NCBI GenBank assembly: GCA_003693705.1 | Contig: RBZT01000267.1 | Coordinates: forward strand, 124,001-188,000 | Source: Polymyxa betae A26-41 | Taxonomy: Eukaryota; Protista; Endomyxa: Phytomyxea | Length of the DNA stretch: 64,000 nt | Direction of reading: 5' to 3' | Part shown: in pieces, positions 36,857 to 49,399 of the stretch | How positions within the stretch are numbered: the stretch's first letter is position 1 | Layout of the letters: every line of letters begins with the position of its first letter | Notes under the pieces: generated by a model | Told to the model about the DNA's origin: nothing | Seen by the model: only the letters and a program-made list of their open reading frames with translations | Database searches by the model: none | Program-made: the position numbers and the translations under genes

Positions 36857-39336
36857 CTAATGTTCATCAACTGCTTCACTTAGACGTCGTAGATCATCAA
36901 AACATTGTTGTGCGATTGGAGTTCCTGGATCTAATAGCGATAGCGCCGCTTTCAGATCGTCTTGAGCAGATTCTAGCGATCCCATGGCCGAATATGCAGC
37001 AGCACGTCTGGAGAGGGTCGCGGCGTGATGAACTGGATTATGATTGCCAAATTCCATGCTGGATGTCGAATCTCGGATGCATGCATCGTATTCATGAAGA
37101 TAGAGCTCGGTAGCAGCACGATTTGACATGATCTGGGCCTGGACCTCAGCAGGCTGTATACGGATCAGTCATGATTAAAAGCAGGCAGTGCAGATACGAA
37201 CAGGATTCAGTCGAAGAGCCTCACTATATAATCGCTTAGCGCTACTCGCGTCTTGCTGCTGGAACGCCGCCGCAGCTGACACAAGTAAAGAATGCAACGG
37301 GTCCTTGCCTTGACAGGCTTCTGGATCAGGTTCGGCGGGATCACTGCGATGCTTTGCTAGTTGGCTTTTGATTGTTGAAAAATGATGTTGGACTAGATCG
37401 GGTTGTAGGCCATGTCGAATGGCAGCTGAAAAGTCGTCTCCAGCTTGCCAGAAATGATCCAGCGATAGATGAGCCGTTCCTCGTAACTATTACTGATGTT
37501 AACACAAAATTGGAGCGGAGAGAGTGAAAATTCGATTTGCCACTTTAATCTGTGTCTGAAGTCGTAAAATACACCAACCTGATAAATCCGGGCTGTGGTT
37601 GTATCAAGGATGTCATCTTGAATCTGACGCCCCAGAACTGGATCGTCTATAACTGCCAGGCATTCGGTTAAATTATCGATCGCTTCAAGATTTTGACCAT
37701 GTTCCGAGCAAATCTGGAATCCCGCTTAGATTCAGGCGACAGAACAAAGTTCACACATTAGACCTGGGCTCGTCGAATTAAATAGGTGATATCGTGAGGA
37801 TGCATTCGAAGCAGATCCTCGATCTGACTCAACTCCTGAATGTGATTCATGTCGTCAACCTTCTCTTCATCTTGCCTCCGATTCATTAACGTAATCGCCT
37901 GGTCCAGCTTCAGAATCAATTTCTGATCATGTTCGGTAGTTGAGAGATTGATTGCATCCTATGACCATGTGAATTGCAGTCTATCAGAAGATGTAATCAC
38001 CGACCTCGAGATCGGAAATGGCAGTTGGAAAATTGCCAAGAAGTAGATTTGCCTGAGCGCGTGTTCGAAACAGATCGGAGCGGAGTTGAGGCGGGTGTGA
38101 ACGTGCTAGAGCGAGATTGCAATCAGCAATGCATTTACGAATTCGCTCAAATTTCTTGATGATAGCAGCACCACGGAAAGAGGCCAGTTGGAGATAGCAA
38201 TCGGCACGATTCAGAAGCGCTGATGCGTCCGTCGGTGAAATTTGCAAGACTGAGGTAAATGCACTGGTGGCAGATAGATAATCGTGAGATCTCTGAAACT
38301 TCAACCCTATAACATTTCGTCGTTCAAGGAAAACACGACAGTTTCTGGGTGCAATACCTTTCTCATAAAGAAGCTGTGCGTGCCCATCTGTGACATCATC
38401 AGTTGTATTAGATAATGCAGGACAGACAGCGAATTCGTCGTCTTCATTAGGGTCGCGTGCTACCGGCCCAGCCCTCTGATCAATAGCAGTGAACCTAACA
38501 AGCACCGCCGGATTCGATCTCACGGCAGGAATTCGACGCCCTTGCCCAGGGCGCTTTCCCTTGGACTCCTCGCTTATTTCGAAAAGTTCATTGTCAGATT
38601 CTTGGACAACTTCAACAGTCGGCGTCACAGCTGTTTCGGCTTGCTCATCTAATTCGTTAAAAATTGTTGTGTTCGTTTCTGCACCAGGGTGAGGTCCATG
38701 ATTCTCACTGGATTCAGCCCAATGCACCAAATCGGCCTGATGTCGTTTTCATTCAGTTGATACTACAAAATGGAAGTAATAGGACCTTGGCCTCGTTTTC
38801 TTCTTTCTGCTTCAATTGTTGGATTAGAGAACGATGCTGATCTTCATCATTCCAGATTCGCTTCTGAGCGTTCGACCTCTAACTTCGCTAAGTTGTAACT
38901 TCAATTCGAATTGTCAGATGCCTTACAGAATCCGACTTCTGCTGTAAAGCTTGAAGTCGCCGCTCTTCGGCTCGTTGACGGGAGGTTTTGATTGTTTGGT
39001 TACGCCTTGAGCATAAATGCTCGGGATCCGCTTGTAGACAGAGCTCTGGCCATAAGCCCGGATGCGATTTAGGAAGTTTAATCTGCAATGCCGAAGACAG
39101 AATACGAACTTCACATTGGTCAGACTCTACAGATTGATACAGATCTAAACCCAGATGATAGGGCGGTGAGCTCAGGCCCAGATATAATTCAGCAACTGTC
39201 ATCGAGTTAAGTTGACGAATTGGTACCCCAGTATGCCTATACTTTCGAGATGTTCAGGCCTGAACCCAGTCCCATGGATTTGAATGGAGAGGCTGTTGAA
39301 TTCCTGAGTCCATTCGTATCGAGGTGTAATGGGCAT
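36857..39336 (-). CDS. DNAAF4: Dynein axonemal assembly factor 4 (DYX1C1-like; CS domain + TPRs)
   Basis: N-terminal CS domain MPITPRYEWTQ...PPYHLGLDLY...LPKSHPGLWPEL; PAVRS..VLVRFT linker; TPRs (LLNRADCYLQL, RRAAAYSAMG). Confidence 0.8.
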
Positions 39337-39642
39337 GACGACGTCTGCTGTGGTATGGAGTTGATGAATGTCAGGTAACTAGTGACCCAGTCACAGCCTG
39401 ATAGAGAATCTGCTTAACAAGGGACCAGCTTCTCATTGTCACGTTTCAATACAGATGACACCAGCTTGGGTGACAGCTATCTATAAGCTATGATCTCTTC
39501 TACAGGTCAATTAACCGAAACTGATCCAGATTTAGGGTGAGGTTACGCCCACTTACCAATGGGGCTGCCTCATCATCAGACACTTTCCTGATTTCAAAAG
39601 TTTGGTTTTGGCATCTTCCCTGATCCGAAACGCATTACTTTG

Positions 39643-39774
39643 TCCAAGATCGTGTAAAGGAGATGGTTCCTTATCGAAGGATTGGATTGGATTTGTCTAG
39701 TTCGTTGATCTGAGTCAACAGGCGGCGCTGTATCGTAAGAGCTAGGCCGATAGTTCCTTATCGAAGCTTTGGAT
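39643..39774 (+). repeat. Two imperfect 26-nt direct repeats, each the 3' arm of a hairpin
   Basis: gatggttccttatcgaaggattggat (39662-39687) and gatagttccttatcgaagctttggat (39749-39774), 23/26 identical. Confidence 0.75.
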
Positions 39775-39852
39775 GATAGCCCTAGTAACCTGAAGCCAGA
39801 ATGTTGATGTGTATATTAATCAACATATAATGGGCCTATAGGGTAGCCTGGT

Positions 39853-41253
39853 TTAAAGCATGGATAACAGAGATGATGCAATCTGGTTCAGATCTGCAAG
39901 AGATCCATGTCGAGACCTTGCTCGCCCAACAATCTCGCCAGCTTTCAGCTTTACCATCCGATCGCGGTTGATGGGGCTCGCCCAGGCCATGCTCATTAAG
40001 ATATTGCATCCACAGCGTTGCAACATAGCGAAATCTTCAAATCTCTTCATCGAGGCTAGAACCGTTTCGATTCCGTTTAATGATCGAATCAGATCTCTAG
40101 CGTCTCGATTAAGAGACAAATTGATTAAAGCAAAGCACGCCCGGAAATGCAATAGAGGCTCATTCGGGTATTTGCTCATTGCCATTAAAATGAGATGGAC
40201 TGCCCTGTGTGAGACCAACCACTCCTTATTGGCATCAATCAGAGCCAGATTAACCATGGCCCAGAACGCCTTCGTTAGAACGGATGGCCTTGTGATGTGT
40301 CGTTTAGCAGTTGATAACACAGCCATCACCACATCATTTGACATATAGTCTGATATATGATTGACGGAACTCAGTCGATCACTCAAGAAACGGCTGCCTT
40401 CGTTGCATCCTAAAGGACGGCATAGGATTACAAGGGCCCATAATGCATTTCCCACCAGTTCACTGTTAAACTGGTGCTTTCGCATTGCTTTCAAAAGTAG
40501 CTCGACCACGCCGAGCTTCGGAAGAATCTTGCGATTGCTCTCGTTCAGAGCTAGTATGCCGAAAGCCTTGACAGCCAGATGCTGACAGGAACTGTTGGAA
40601 GTCAGGCGCGAAACAGCTGAAATTAGGCTCATCAAGCGTTGCTCGTCAAGAGCTGCTCTGGAAATGTTATGTTCCTCAGTCTGATCGAAAATTTCCACAA
40701 TCCAACGGACACCCTCTTCCAAGACGTTGCTGTTCGACGGTCGCTTCGCTATTACTTCAACTATGGCTCTGATCTTATCCGATGCTGAATCCTCAGCCTC
40801 CATCTGCATCTCGATCCATTCACGAGCAAGAGCTGCTCGAAACCAATCGGGACGGTTAAGATCCAAAGCCAGACCTAAACCAGTTCCACAATCAACGGGA
40901 ATATAATGCCATCTGGTGGAGCAGGCGCGTTTCCAGAGTTTGTAAATCCACTCTTTTGATTGCGTTGCCGACCGATTTGTCGACAGTAAAGATACAGTCG
41001 ACCGCAGATCCAGAAAACCGATTATGTGCTCGACTAGGTCGATGGGGAATGCTGAAATTGTCATGGTCTCCGACTTTACAGGTTTTGATGCTTTAGCTAG
41101 TAAAAATGCTTGGTGTCTATGAGCCGCAATCCAGCTTCGGGGGCTCAATTTGCTCCAGATTCTTCCAGAAATATATCGTGCTCGTTTTCGAGAGGGATTA
41201 TTACGTAACGATCTCCTCCGTTCTGGATGTCTTGCTATCAAAGACGTTTCCAT
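39853..41253 (-). CDS. F-box + armadillo-repeat protein, intronless
   Basis: F-box ISAFPIDLVEHIIGFLDLRSTVSL; ARM repeats (GVVELLLKAMRKH, ACFALINLS, GIETVLASMKRF). Confidence 0.85.
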   Translation of the reverse strand: METSLIARHPERRRSLRNNPSRKRARYISGRIWSKLSPRSWIAAHRHQAFLLAKASKPVKSETMTISAFPIDLVEHIIGFLDLRSTVSLLSTNRSATQSKEWIYKLWKRACSTRWHYIPVDCGTGLGLALDLNRPDWFRAALAREWIEMQMEAEDSASDKIRAIVEVIAKRPSNSNVLEEGVRWIVEIFDQTEEHNISRAALDEQRLMSLISAVSRLTSNSSCQHLAVKAFGILALNESNRKILPKLGVVELLLKAMRKHQFNSELVGNALWALVILCRPLGCNEGSRFLSDRLSSVNHISDYMSNDVVMAVLSTAKRHITRPSVLTKAFWAMVNLALIDANKEWLVSHRAVHLILMAMSKYPNEPLLHFRACFALINLSLNRDARDLIRSLNGIETVLASMKRFEDFAMLQRCGCNILMSMAWASPINRDRMVKLKAGEIVGRARSRHGSLADLNQIASSLLSML

Positions 41254-41449
41254 ATTCTTTCACATTGAAAGAATATTTCCAGTATCTCTTCTACCATGCC
41301 GTACCTGTATCTGAGCGATCGTAGATTTTTTCTTCAAAGCGAAATCTTAATTTTCATTTTGAAACGCAAATCAAAAACATCTCTTGAACATAATAAAAGA
41401 ATTGTCTGATTTTGATAAAGCTGGACCCTCCATTCAATAATCAAACTGG

Positions 41450-42631
41450 TTGGTCATTTGTTGCTCCCGAATCCTGCTTAGTGTTCAATTCTTCAGCGAT
41501 TCTCTGGAAATAATGTGGGGAAATTTTTCTGGCATTGACAAGCATCGATTCCAATTCTAAATCATGTGTTAGACGAACAATCACCATGATGCCACGCGAC
41601 CTACGAACGGATGAAACTCTTATATGTTCTGCAAAGGCAAGCCCTTCGATAAAAGGAATCTCATTGCCTAAACCAAGTTAATGGTGGGATGTACCACCTG
41701 ATTGCTTACACTTGGCGCATGCGAGCTCATCAACTTCCTGAGCTAATGAATTTAGTTCATGGCATCTGGCCATTCCGACTCCATCTTCTCTGTTTTACAA
41801 TAAGGATCATTGGAATGGATTGTGATCCAATATTGCCTTAAAAAGTTCTCAATCTCTTGCACCGCTTCTTGCTCAGCTTCGGCTGTAGCTTGTTGATTAA
41901 TCTGCTCGTTTTGCTTGAGCAAGGTTTTCAACTCTTCAATTTCGCATGCAATCGCCCGACGCTGATGCTCTGTTGGGGAAGACATTCCCTGATTGGCAAC
42001 TTCCGAATTCGAATCCACATTAACATCATTGCAATCTAGGCCATAATTGTGAAACGGGACGGAGAAAAGTAGAAAATAGGTACCGATATTGTGAAGCGCT
42101 CCGAGCTCAATTCGATCACTGATCTCATCCATTCGCGTAACAAAATTCTTCCTAGAACCACTTTAGCAATGTTCCAGGTGCTCTCAAATACCCAACTGTT
42201 CATTTCGTAATGCTTGCAATGCATTATCCGCAGCTTCTTTTTGTTTTAATTCAACATTACTAACGAAATCCAATTTTCTAGATACTAAGCAGCACAATTT
42301 ACAGAGGTCTCAAACGATACAAGCAGATAAGGTTACAGGCTTCGCGCTTTTGACACAATCCATGCATTTCTTCGTTCGCCGCATGCAGCTTCGTTTGCAA
42401 CTCCTTCTGCTTCTCCATCAGCTGCTCTCGCTCAGTACGAACTGAAACACTAATCAGAGTTTACGCCTTTACAAGCACTGGAGCGATTTACTTTGCTGAA
42501 GTTCAGCTCGCTGTATCTGTATGTGCTGCTGCAGAACGGCCATCTGCCTTCGATCGTCCAGAACAGCATGCCTGATGTTATGAGTCTCTGATTCTAAAGA
42601 CAACAACATAGACCCAGTTGAACGCATCATT
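41450..42631 (-). CDS. Hypothetical coiled-coil protein (multi-exon, boundaries approximate)
   Basis: E/Q/K/L-rich heptad ORF pieces separated by intron-sized gaps. Confidence 0.4.
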
Positions 42632-42809
42632 GGTTGAATGAGAGACATTGGCAGTAACATCATGATGCGTCATTACAAGAGCTAAGAGATCAGAGCACTG
42701 ACTGGGAAACAGCCCTGGTTCTTTGGTCAATGAAAATAACTGTACACTACAGGATGCGACCCCATGTAGGGTCATGGGGTCTGCCTATGCTTCGCAAATA
42801 CCAACTATG

Positions 42810-43852
42810 CTATAGATTACAGTGCAATTTATTGAAGTCGATCCTATGCAGTTGTTTCGGGTTGTCGATGTCGCAAACGTCCTCCAAATCTAACCCGGCA
42901 CCACAAACATGATCGGCTTCCTGTATTGGATCAACACCTCTGTGTGCAGAACAGAAGAAACAATACGTACTTCAAATGCGGTTCCTGTTAGGACTTGCTT
43001 CGAGCTGAAGCTGGCGATTTGCCTGGTGTCGACGAACTCCATCATGGCTTCGATAACAGAGTTTCTTTCGAAAGATTTGGCGATGTATTCGGATAGGGCT
43101 GTGCTGACGTATTTACTAATGATCACTGCAGCTGGGATTCCATCTTTCTGTGCTGCTGTAGGTAATATGATGCCGAACTCTCCAGCAACGTCGGCAATAG
43201 CTGTAGCTTGTTGCAATCGCAATACAGATTCATTTGGACAAAGCATTATATCGTCAGCCATCATCAGTATATGAGAATCTGGATGGAACCGGCTGATAGA
43301 AAATAGTAAGTTTGCATATTCGATGCTGCGTTGCGATTGAAGACTTTCTGATGAGGTTGTAAATAACTTGGAATAGAGCTTGGAGTTATTGCGATAGAAT
43401 TCGAAGCATTCCTTCGGCTTATACTGTTTTGACAGAACATTGAATTGATTATTGCCGTTTGGATCCATGTCGAATACCATCGTTGAGAGCCGACCGCCTT
43501 TAGTGCAATTCTTTGGTCCAGTTTCCTTGAAGATACTGGATAGAACCTTTTCAAGTGGATGTGGCTGCTGATTTCTCGATGCAATCACAATCTTTATTTG
43601 AACTCGTTTTAGCTCGCGTTGGAATGCATCGTCGTCAACAGGTCGTGGATACGTCCAGAGAACTGTTTCTTCATCAGTTACGTCAATGGCCACTTTCTTC
43701 ATCTGTCGAGCGATGACTCGACGATGGATTAATGATGGCAAAGCAACTTGAATCAGGGCCAGGGAGAAGAAGATGGTCATCCAGAAAGCAGCAGTTCGAC
43801 GACGAGACCCGGATCTGCCAAGCCATGGCGTCCACCAGTCATCATCGCTCAT
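42810..43852 (-). CDS. Type II membrane protein, GT-A-like (MGAT4/GT54-like?) with degenerate motif
   Basis: N-terminal TM (FWMTIFFSLALIQVAL), IVIASR strand and ILMMADDIMLC (cf. LEDD); one intron near the 3' end gives a Cys-rich last exon. Confidence 0.55.
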
Positions 43853-44716
43853 ATTCGAGTGCAACAGTTCAAAGGCAATCCAGTACGAATGGACGATTCA
43901 TCTGTGCTGCTTGTTTTATGAAGTGCAAACTGCAACGGGCAAGTCACAGGCCAATTGCACTCTTTATGAATCAGTTGATTTCTGGGCTCGTTTACAAGTT
44001 GCATAGCATAGCTGATCGCCTACTAGACAGTGCAATTGACAATCGCCAACTACTGCTGGATGTCTTCTGCAGTCTAGGGTCATGACTTTTCTAGGTCGAT
44101 ACAAACGACATGGAGTTTGAGACCTGGATCAACCTGATCTAACATTCGTCAGTCCATGCTAGGGCTTCTTAATAATTCATATTTCGTTTCTTTAAATCGA
44201 TCGAAATTGTACATGGCTTTCTTCTCAAAAGATAATAAAATCCTGAGGTTTTTCTCTATTATTCTCTGTCCCAATGGCTCCACATTTTTGTTCGCGCGAA
44301 GACAATCGCCTCTGTGTGCCCTGGGCTTCCATACACAAATTCCCAATCCCATACCGAAAGCGGGAAGATCTGTGGAACAATATCGCCAACGGCTTTAATG
44401 GTACTGTTCAGCCCGAGCAAGAAAGTTACCGCAATGCTGAGCAGATGTACAATCGATTCCCGGTGCGTTCAATCACAATTTGAAACGACCTGATTACATG
44501 ACGATTTTTATTCGAAAACTTCGAATCACGCAGGACAGCCCGCTGGGAATACCAAAAACACCCCAAAAGCGTTTAATCTTATGCGTGAACTGTGAGTGAA
44601 TTTCACGCATTAGAATCACGATTTTGTTTCTTGTGGATCAGTCAAAAGACATCATTGAGACTCAATTTCAAATATAGATGTAAATACCTCATGACCTGAG
44701 CTCATAATCGTATTAT

Positions 44717-45532
44717 ATGGACAGACATCACTTCATACTTTCACTATTTATTTTGTTAGCGCCTTTAGGCGTTTATGTCGAATCAGTCAAGTTGATTGCA
44801 ATTGATGTTCCAGATGAGATCCAGATATCCAATCAGGATATCCAGACATCTAAATCGAATCAATCGTGGAGATATGCAATCGACTCCTTCTACGTGGCCC
44901 TAGGCCCAAAAGTCGCTAATTTCCAGGTCGACGACGCCTTCGCCGGAAAGGTCGTCCACGAGAGCCTGGTATGCGATTTCGAAATGGTGAAGAATGAGGT
45001 TCTTGAAGTTGATTGGGATACTTTACTGTTCACTGCCAGTATCGCATGGCTTGCTGGATATCATTCACCAGTTAGATTCAATGCTGATTTCATTATCTGG
45101 GTCATCGAACATGATACCGAGCTCTATGGTCTGCTGAGAAACTCCCCCGAATTAGAGTGGAAATTCATGATCAATCTGGTTCCGGATCCTCTGGCCATTA
45201 TCAAGCCATTATCTCAAACACCTTCGGATTCCTCAACAAAGGAGTCCCAAACTATCGAAGATTCTGACGAACTTGATGATGACGATGACAATCTGGATGC
45301 GATAAGCGATTCCGACGAAGAGGATGACGAATTTGAAGACCGAATTCGACGACGAGTTCGGAAAGGGATGTGGGAATCGTTATCGGGTCGAATCATGACG
45401 ACAACCATGTGGGGATTGTTAGTTATTATAGCCCTAACTACATTCGTATATTGTACCTGGAACATATCCAGAAAGCATGACATGAACCAGCAAGACCGGC
45501 AACAGCCTGATATACCACTGATATATGTTTGA
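44717..45532 (+). CDS. Type I membrane protein of unknown function
   Basis: Single-exon 271-aa ORF with signal peptide, acidic stretch and C-terminal TM (MWGLLVIIALTTFVYC). Confidence 0.75.
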   Translation: MDRHHFILSLFILLAPLGVYVESVKLIAIDVPDEIQISNQDIQTSKSNQSWRYAIDSFYVALGPKVANFQVDDAFAGKVVHESLVCDFEMVKNEVLEVDWDTLLFTASIAWLAGYHSPVRFNADFIIWVIEHDTELYGLLRNSPELEWKFMINLVPDPLAIIKPLSQTPSDSSTKESQTIEDSDELDDDDDNLDAISDSDEEDDEFEDRIRRRVRKGMWESLSGRIMTTTMWGLLVIIALTTFVYCTWNISRKHDMNQQDRQQPDIPLIYV

Positions 45533-45569
45533 AACAATAAATCTTGCATGTCCTGTTTTAACAAAATAT

Positions 45570-47487
45570 TTAATGTTGAAATTCGGCATACTGCCGAAGT
45601 CGCAGCGCGTACTTTTGTGGAAACGAAAAGTTTTTCAGATATCGATAAAATCTGAAGATGATCCTGTAGAGAGCGCGATCCAGTGCACGACTTAAAGCCA
45701 CTGGTGCCAAGCTGGAATGTTCAGTATTCGGACCATCAACATAAAGGCGTTGCTTGTCAGCCTCCGACAACTCGACATTCTCATATGCAGCTTCGATAAA
45801 GTCGCCGATGGCGATTGATGCTGCCAGAAGTGAGCTTACGATCTCCTCAAACGAACGTTGGACCGATCCCATTTCATCTTCTTCAATAGAATGGACAACG
45901 AGAGCTGACAGCGCTGATCGACCATCTTAGACAACATGAAATGTTGTAAAATAAAAGCAACAGACCTTGAGTGATATTGATGAGATCGTCGGTTTGAGCA
46001 AATAATGCATAAGCCTGAGATCTCGCTTTGCGGCTGTTTTCTGTTCAAAAAAAAATTAACACACAGTATAAAAAAGCAAAAAGAAGTTGAGCGAACCCGG
46101 ATCACAGGCAGCATATAGCAATTTGGATAAGGCATCCAGACGGCTGATGCAAACCTTCGATACAGACGCCCATAAATTGTTGTCTCCCGATCTATAAATG
46201 GTGACTCGGGCGTCAGACGATATATTACACATATCACTCAATTCGAGAAACCCTAATGACTAACAGGCAAATGTTAGAACAGTCCACATAATAACATTGT
46301 TTAGGACAGACGCGTGTGTAACGATCTCGATCTTGTTGCAATACTTTCACCAGTACGGATATGGAAATCGTGGTTGATTTGTCAGATAGAACAGATTGCA
46401 TCAAAACGACTTCGAGAATATGTCGCGATAGTTCCCAGGAAATGAACAGTTTCAGACAACTGAAAACGATATCAGCCATCAGCGGCTGTAAACTGGAATC
46501 TTACATAAGAATACAGTTGAGTTCTGATCCCAGACAGAAATGACACCCAGCAGATGGGCTGAATAATGAGGCAAACGCAGCAAAAGGGGTTCGTTGCAAA
46601 ATGAAATGAATGAGACGAACCGGAACCAAAAACCAAAGCACGGTGAAGACCAAACCATATCGTAAACTCGAACGAACGATTGGCAATGTTTTTAACCGGA
46701 TCTGAGTTTCCAAAGGCAGTTGCAGTGTGGGAAACCGAAACTACAATAGCTCGAATGAGCGCCGATAGTTAACAAAACCTAGACGTCTATACCGATGTTT
46801 GTGTCATCAGACGCCGAATGAAATAAACCAGAGAGAAGAGCATCATACGACTGGAATAACATTGTAAGCTGGACGAGACCGATGTCTGGGTTGATATTAG
46901 CGTCCATAACGAGGAAACAATCGTTAAGGTTGCACAGCAAAGAGTGGAAGGATTTGTTATGAGACAGAACAATCTCTGTGGACCCGTCCTTAACTGAGTA
47001 ACAGCTACACACGACATCAGGGTTAGAAATCAGAGGAAACAGAGCTCGACACCTTTGACATGACGAATAAACATGACTAGATACATCTGTTGAAGGAACA
47101 CAAACACGAGCAGGTAGAGCATATTTGATACAGTGAAAACTCTCCAAACTATCCGATAAATATCAGCATTTACAGATGAAGGAATGACAATTTACTCATA
47201 CAGTAAAGCGTTGGACGAAGATTGGCCAAAATAACAAGCAACGATTGGACGATTGCATTGATGAGTAATGCCATTAATACCCTTCTCCGTTTGATCTGAT
47301 CAATCCAGATCTGAGCGACATCGTCATCGGCGATTGTCGATCGTGCCGCCTGTTTCGGATCAGGGGATTTAGCTAAATTCTTGCTGGAAGATTGTGGTGT
47401 GCTCTGAACTTGGCTGGTATTGTGCTGAATCTGTTGAAGTATTGGATTGGATTTAGAAGAGATTGATGATGGAATTGACTGCCACAT
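45570..47487 (-). CDS. Hypothetical helical protein (multi-exon)
   Basis: Series of minus-strand ORFs with GT-AG gaps; no family recognised. Confidence 0.45.
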
Positions 47488-47845
47488 TGTAGAAATGACA
47501 AACTGCAGAAATATGCGTCACTCAGAAATGACGATCAACAAATAGATGCGCTGTCCAACTTAAAAAGTAATTTTGATTTTAGAATGATGCGCAGTAGAGA
47601 AAAGATCTGAACTCAGCGCAACTCAAGAAGATGGGGATTGCGAGAACAAAAGAAAAGTGATTCGATCATCATCGCCATAAAATACTGAAAACAAAAGTAT
47701 GGGATAAAGCGACGCTGTTGATGATGTCCTGTCCAGCCCTAGATAACAAACTAGGGTTTATAGCACTCCAGTACAGTATGAGGAGAGTCACCCAAGATGC
47801 CTCAACAAGGTGGCCATCATAGTATCGTTATCACATGTATTGCTC

Positions 47846-49223
47846 ATGTCATCATCGTTATCAATAGTCTCGTGTCTATTAGAGTTCGATCATACAACCG
47901 GGCCTTGCATTCGATGTCATTATCCTGACAACATTCCAGCTGAGTTCCTAGCGATCCTGCCAGTCTATGCACTTCCAGATGCCATACATAAGAACAATCT
48001 TGTACTTCGTCCTTTCTGCTGTATGACTTTCAATACTGATTTGTACACAGGATTTCGTCTATTTCCTGGCGTTTCCATCAGAATCCAGTGATGAATATCT
48101 ATTGGGCATTTCTTGTTTCAAGCAATGTCTAACAGATCAGGCAGATCGCTCGTGTATTCAACGAGCAATTATGATTGGATTATTACAGAAGTCATCTGAT
48201 ACATTATATGCATCAGCTTATACAATCTTACAATCAGCTTTATCACGTCCAGCTCGATACTTTTTTGAAAGGGATTCCTATGATCAAGACCCTTTGCCAA
48301 TTTTAAAAGCTCTGCATGATGATTCACAGATCGCCTTGAATGCATCTCTATCTTCTAGCCGACATTCTAACATTGCTCTTATGTCATCTTTCAAGAAGCT
48401 CATTGCATCTGCTCCTGAACAAACATTTACTGTTATGAAAGCTATCAGTGCTGGCGCTAAGATCGTTATCTTTTCACAGGCGTCTCTTCACCACTTAACG
48501 TCAACTGTTTTAGCATTCTCTAGTTTATCATCTGGACCGATCTCAGTCTTTCCTTATGTTCCAATTCAGCATTTTGAGCAATTTCAACAGCGAGCAAAAC
48601 ATTCCATAATGGGTATCAATAATCATTTGTTATGGATGAAGGCGTCTGCTAATGTGTTCTTCAATATTGATGATCACGAACTTCGAATAGAGCAAGGCGT
48701 CTGGGCCGATATTTTACGATTAACTCGGGCTGATAGGCGGTTTGCAGCGGAACTGGCCGTTGCTGAAAATTCGGATTCTTTCGCCTCGTTATACAAGAAT
48801 TATGAGAACAGAGCTATCCGAAGTTTAAATGCTCGCTTGAAATCAGAGAAGGAAGTCGGCGGCGGTGATCTCGCAGTGGATAATCTGCTACGAGATTTCA
48901 ATACCTCATGGGCCGGTATAATGTTTGGATTTACTAAAAATCAAGCGGATGACACTGCTGAAGATATCAACCATGCACATCCATGCCATGATGATGATGA
49001 TGGTGATGATGTATTTGATGAGGAATCAAGTCTGGGATCGATCTGGGACTCGATTTCGAACCAGACGGCAACAATCGGTGGCCAAGCTCAGCGGACGTTA
49101 TTTGAAGCGTCGTCCAAAGTGTCATCATGGATCGGCTCATTAGCTCAATCGTTATCTTGTAAGAGAGATGAGTCTTGTATCGAACTGACACTAATTCATT
49201 GCAGCGAACGACCAGGATCCTGA
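47846..49223 (+). CDS. AVL9: AVL9-like DENN-related protein
   Basis: LLEFDHTTGPCI..HYP, LPVYALPDAIH, GISCFKQ, RSCIQRAI, LRLTRADRRF and FNTSW match AVL9 motifs. Confidence 0.75.
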
Positions 49224-49399
49224 TATTCCATCAAATCATTCACTCTGGTCCGATTAAACTGTTCTATATTTATTTAGCGGAATAAAAACGAGATGTTTCG
49301 GAGGAGCTGTATGATTGAGTCACTGAGATTGATCGGTTGATGGAGTCAATACAATGTTCTGCAATGCTTCTCTCATCACTAATGAGTTTAAGTTAATCC

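Noticed and set aside
39662-39774. CRISPR-like repeat-spacer-repeat
   Set aside because: Only two imperfect copies, a 61-nt gap, eukaryotic context and no cas genes.
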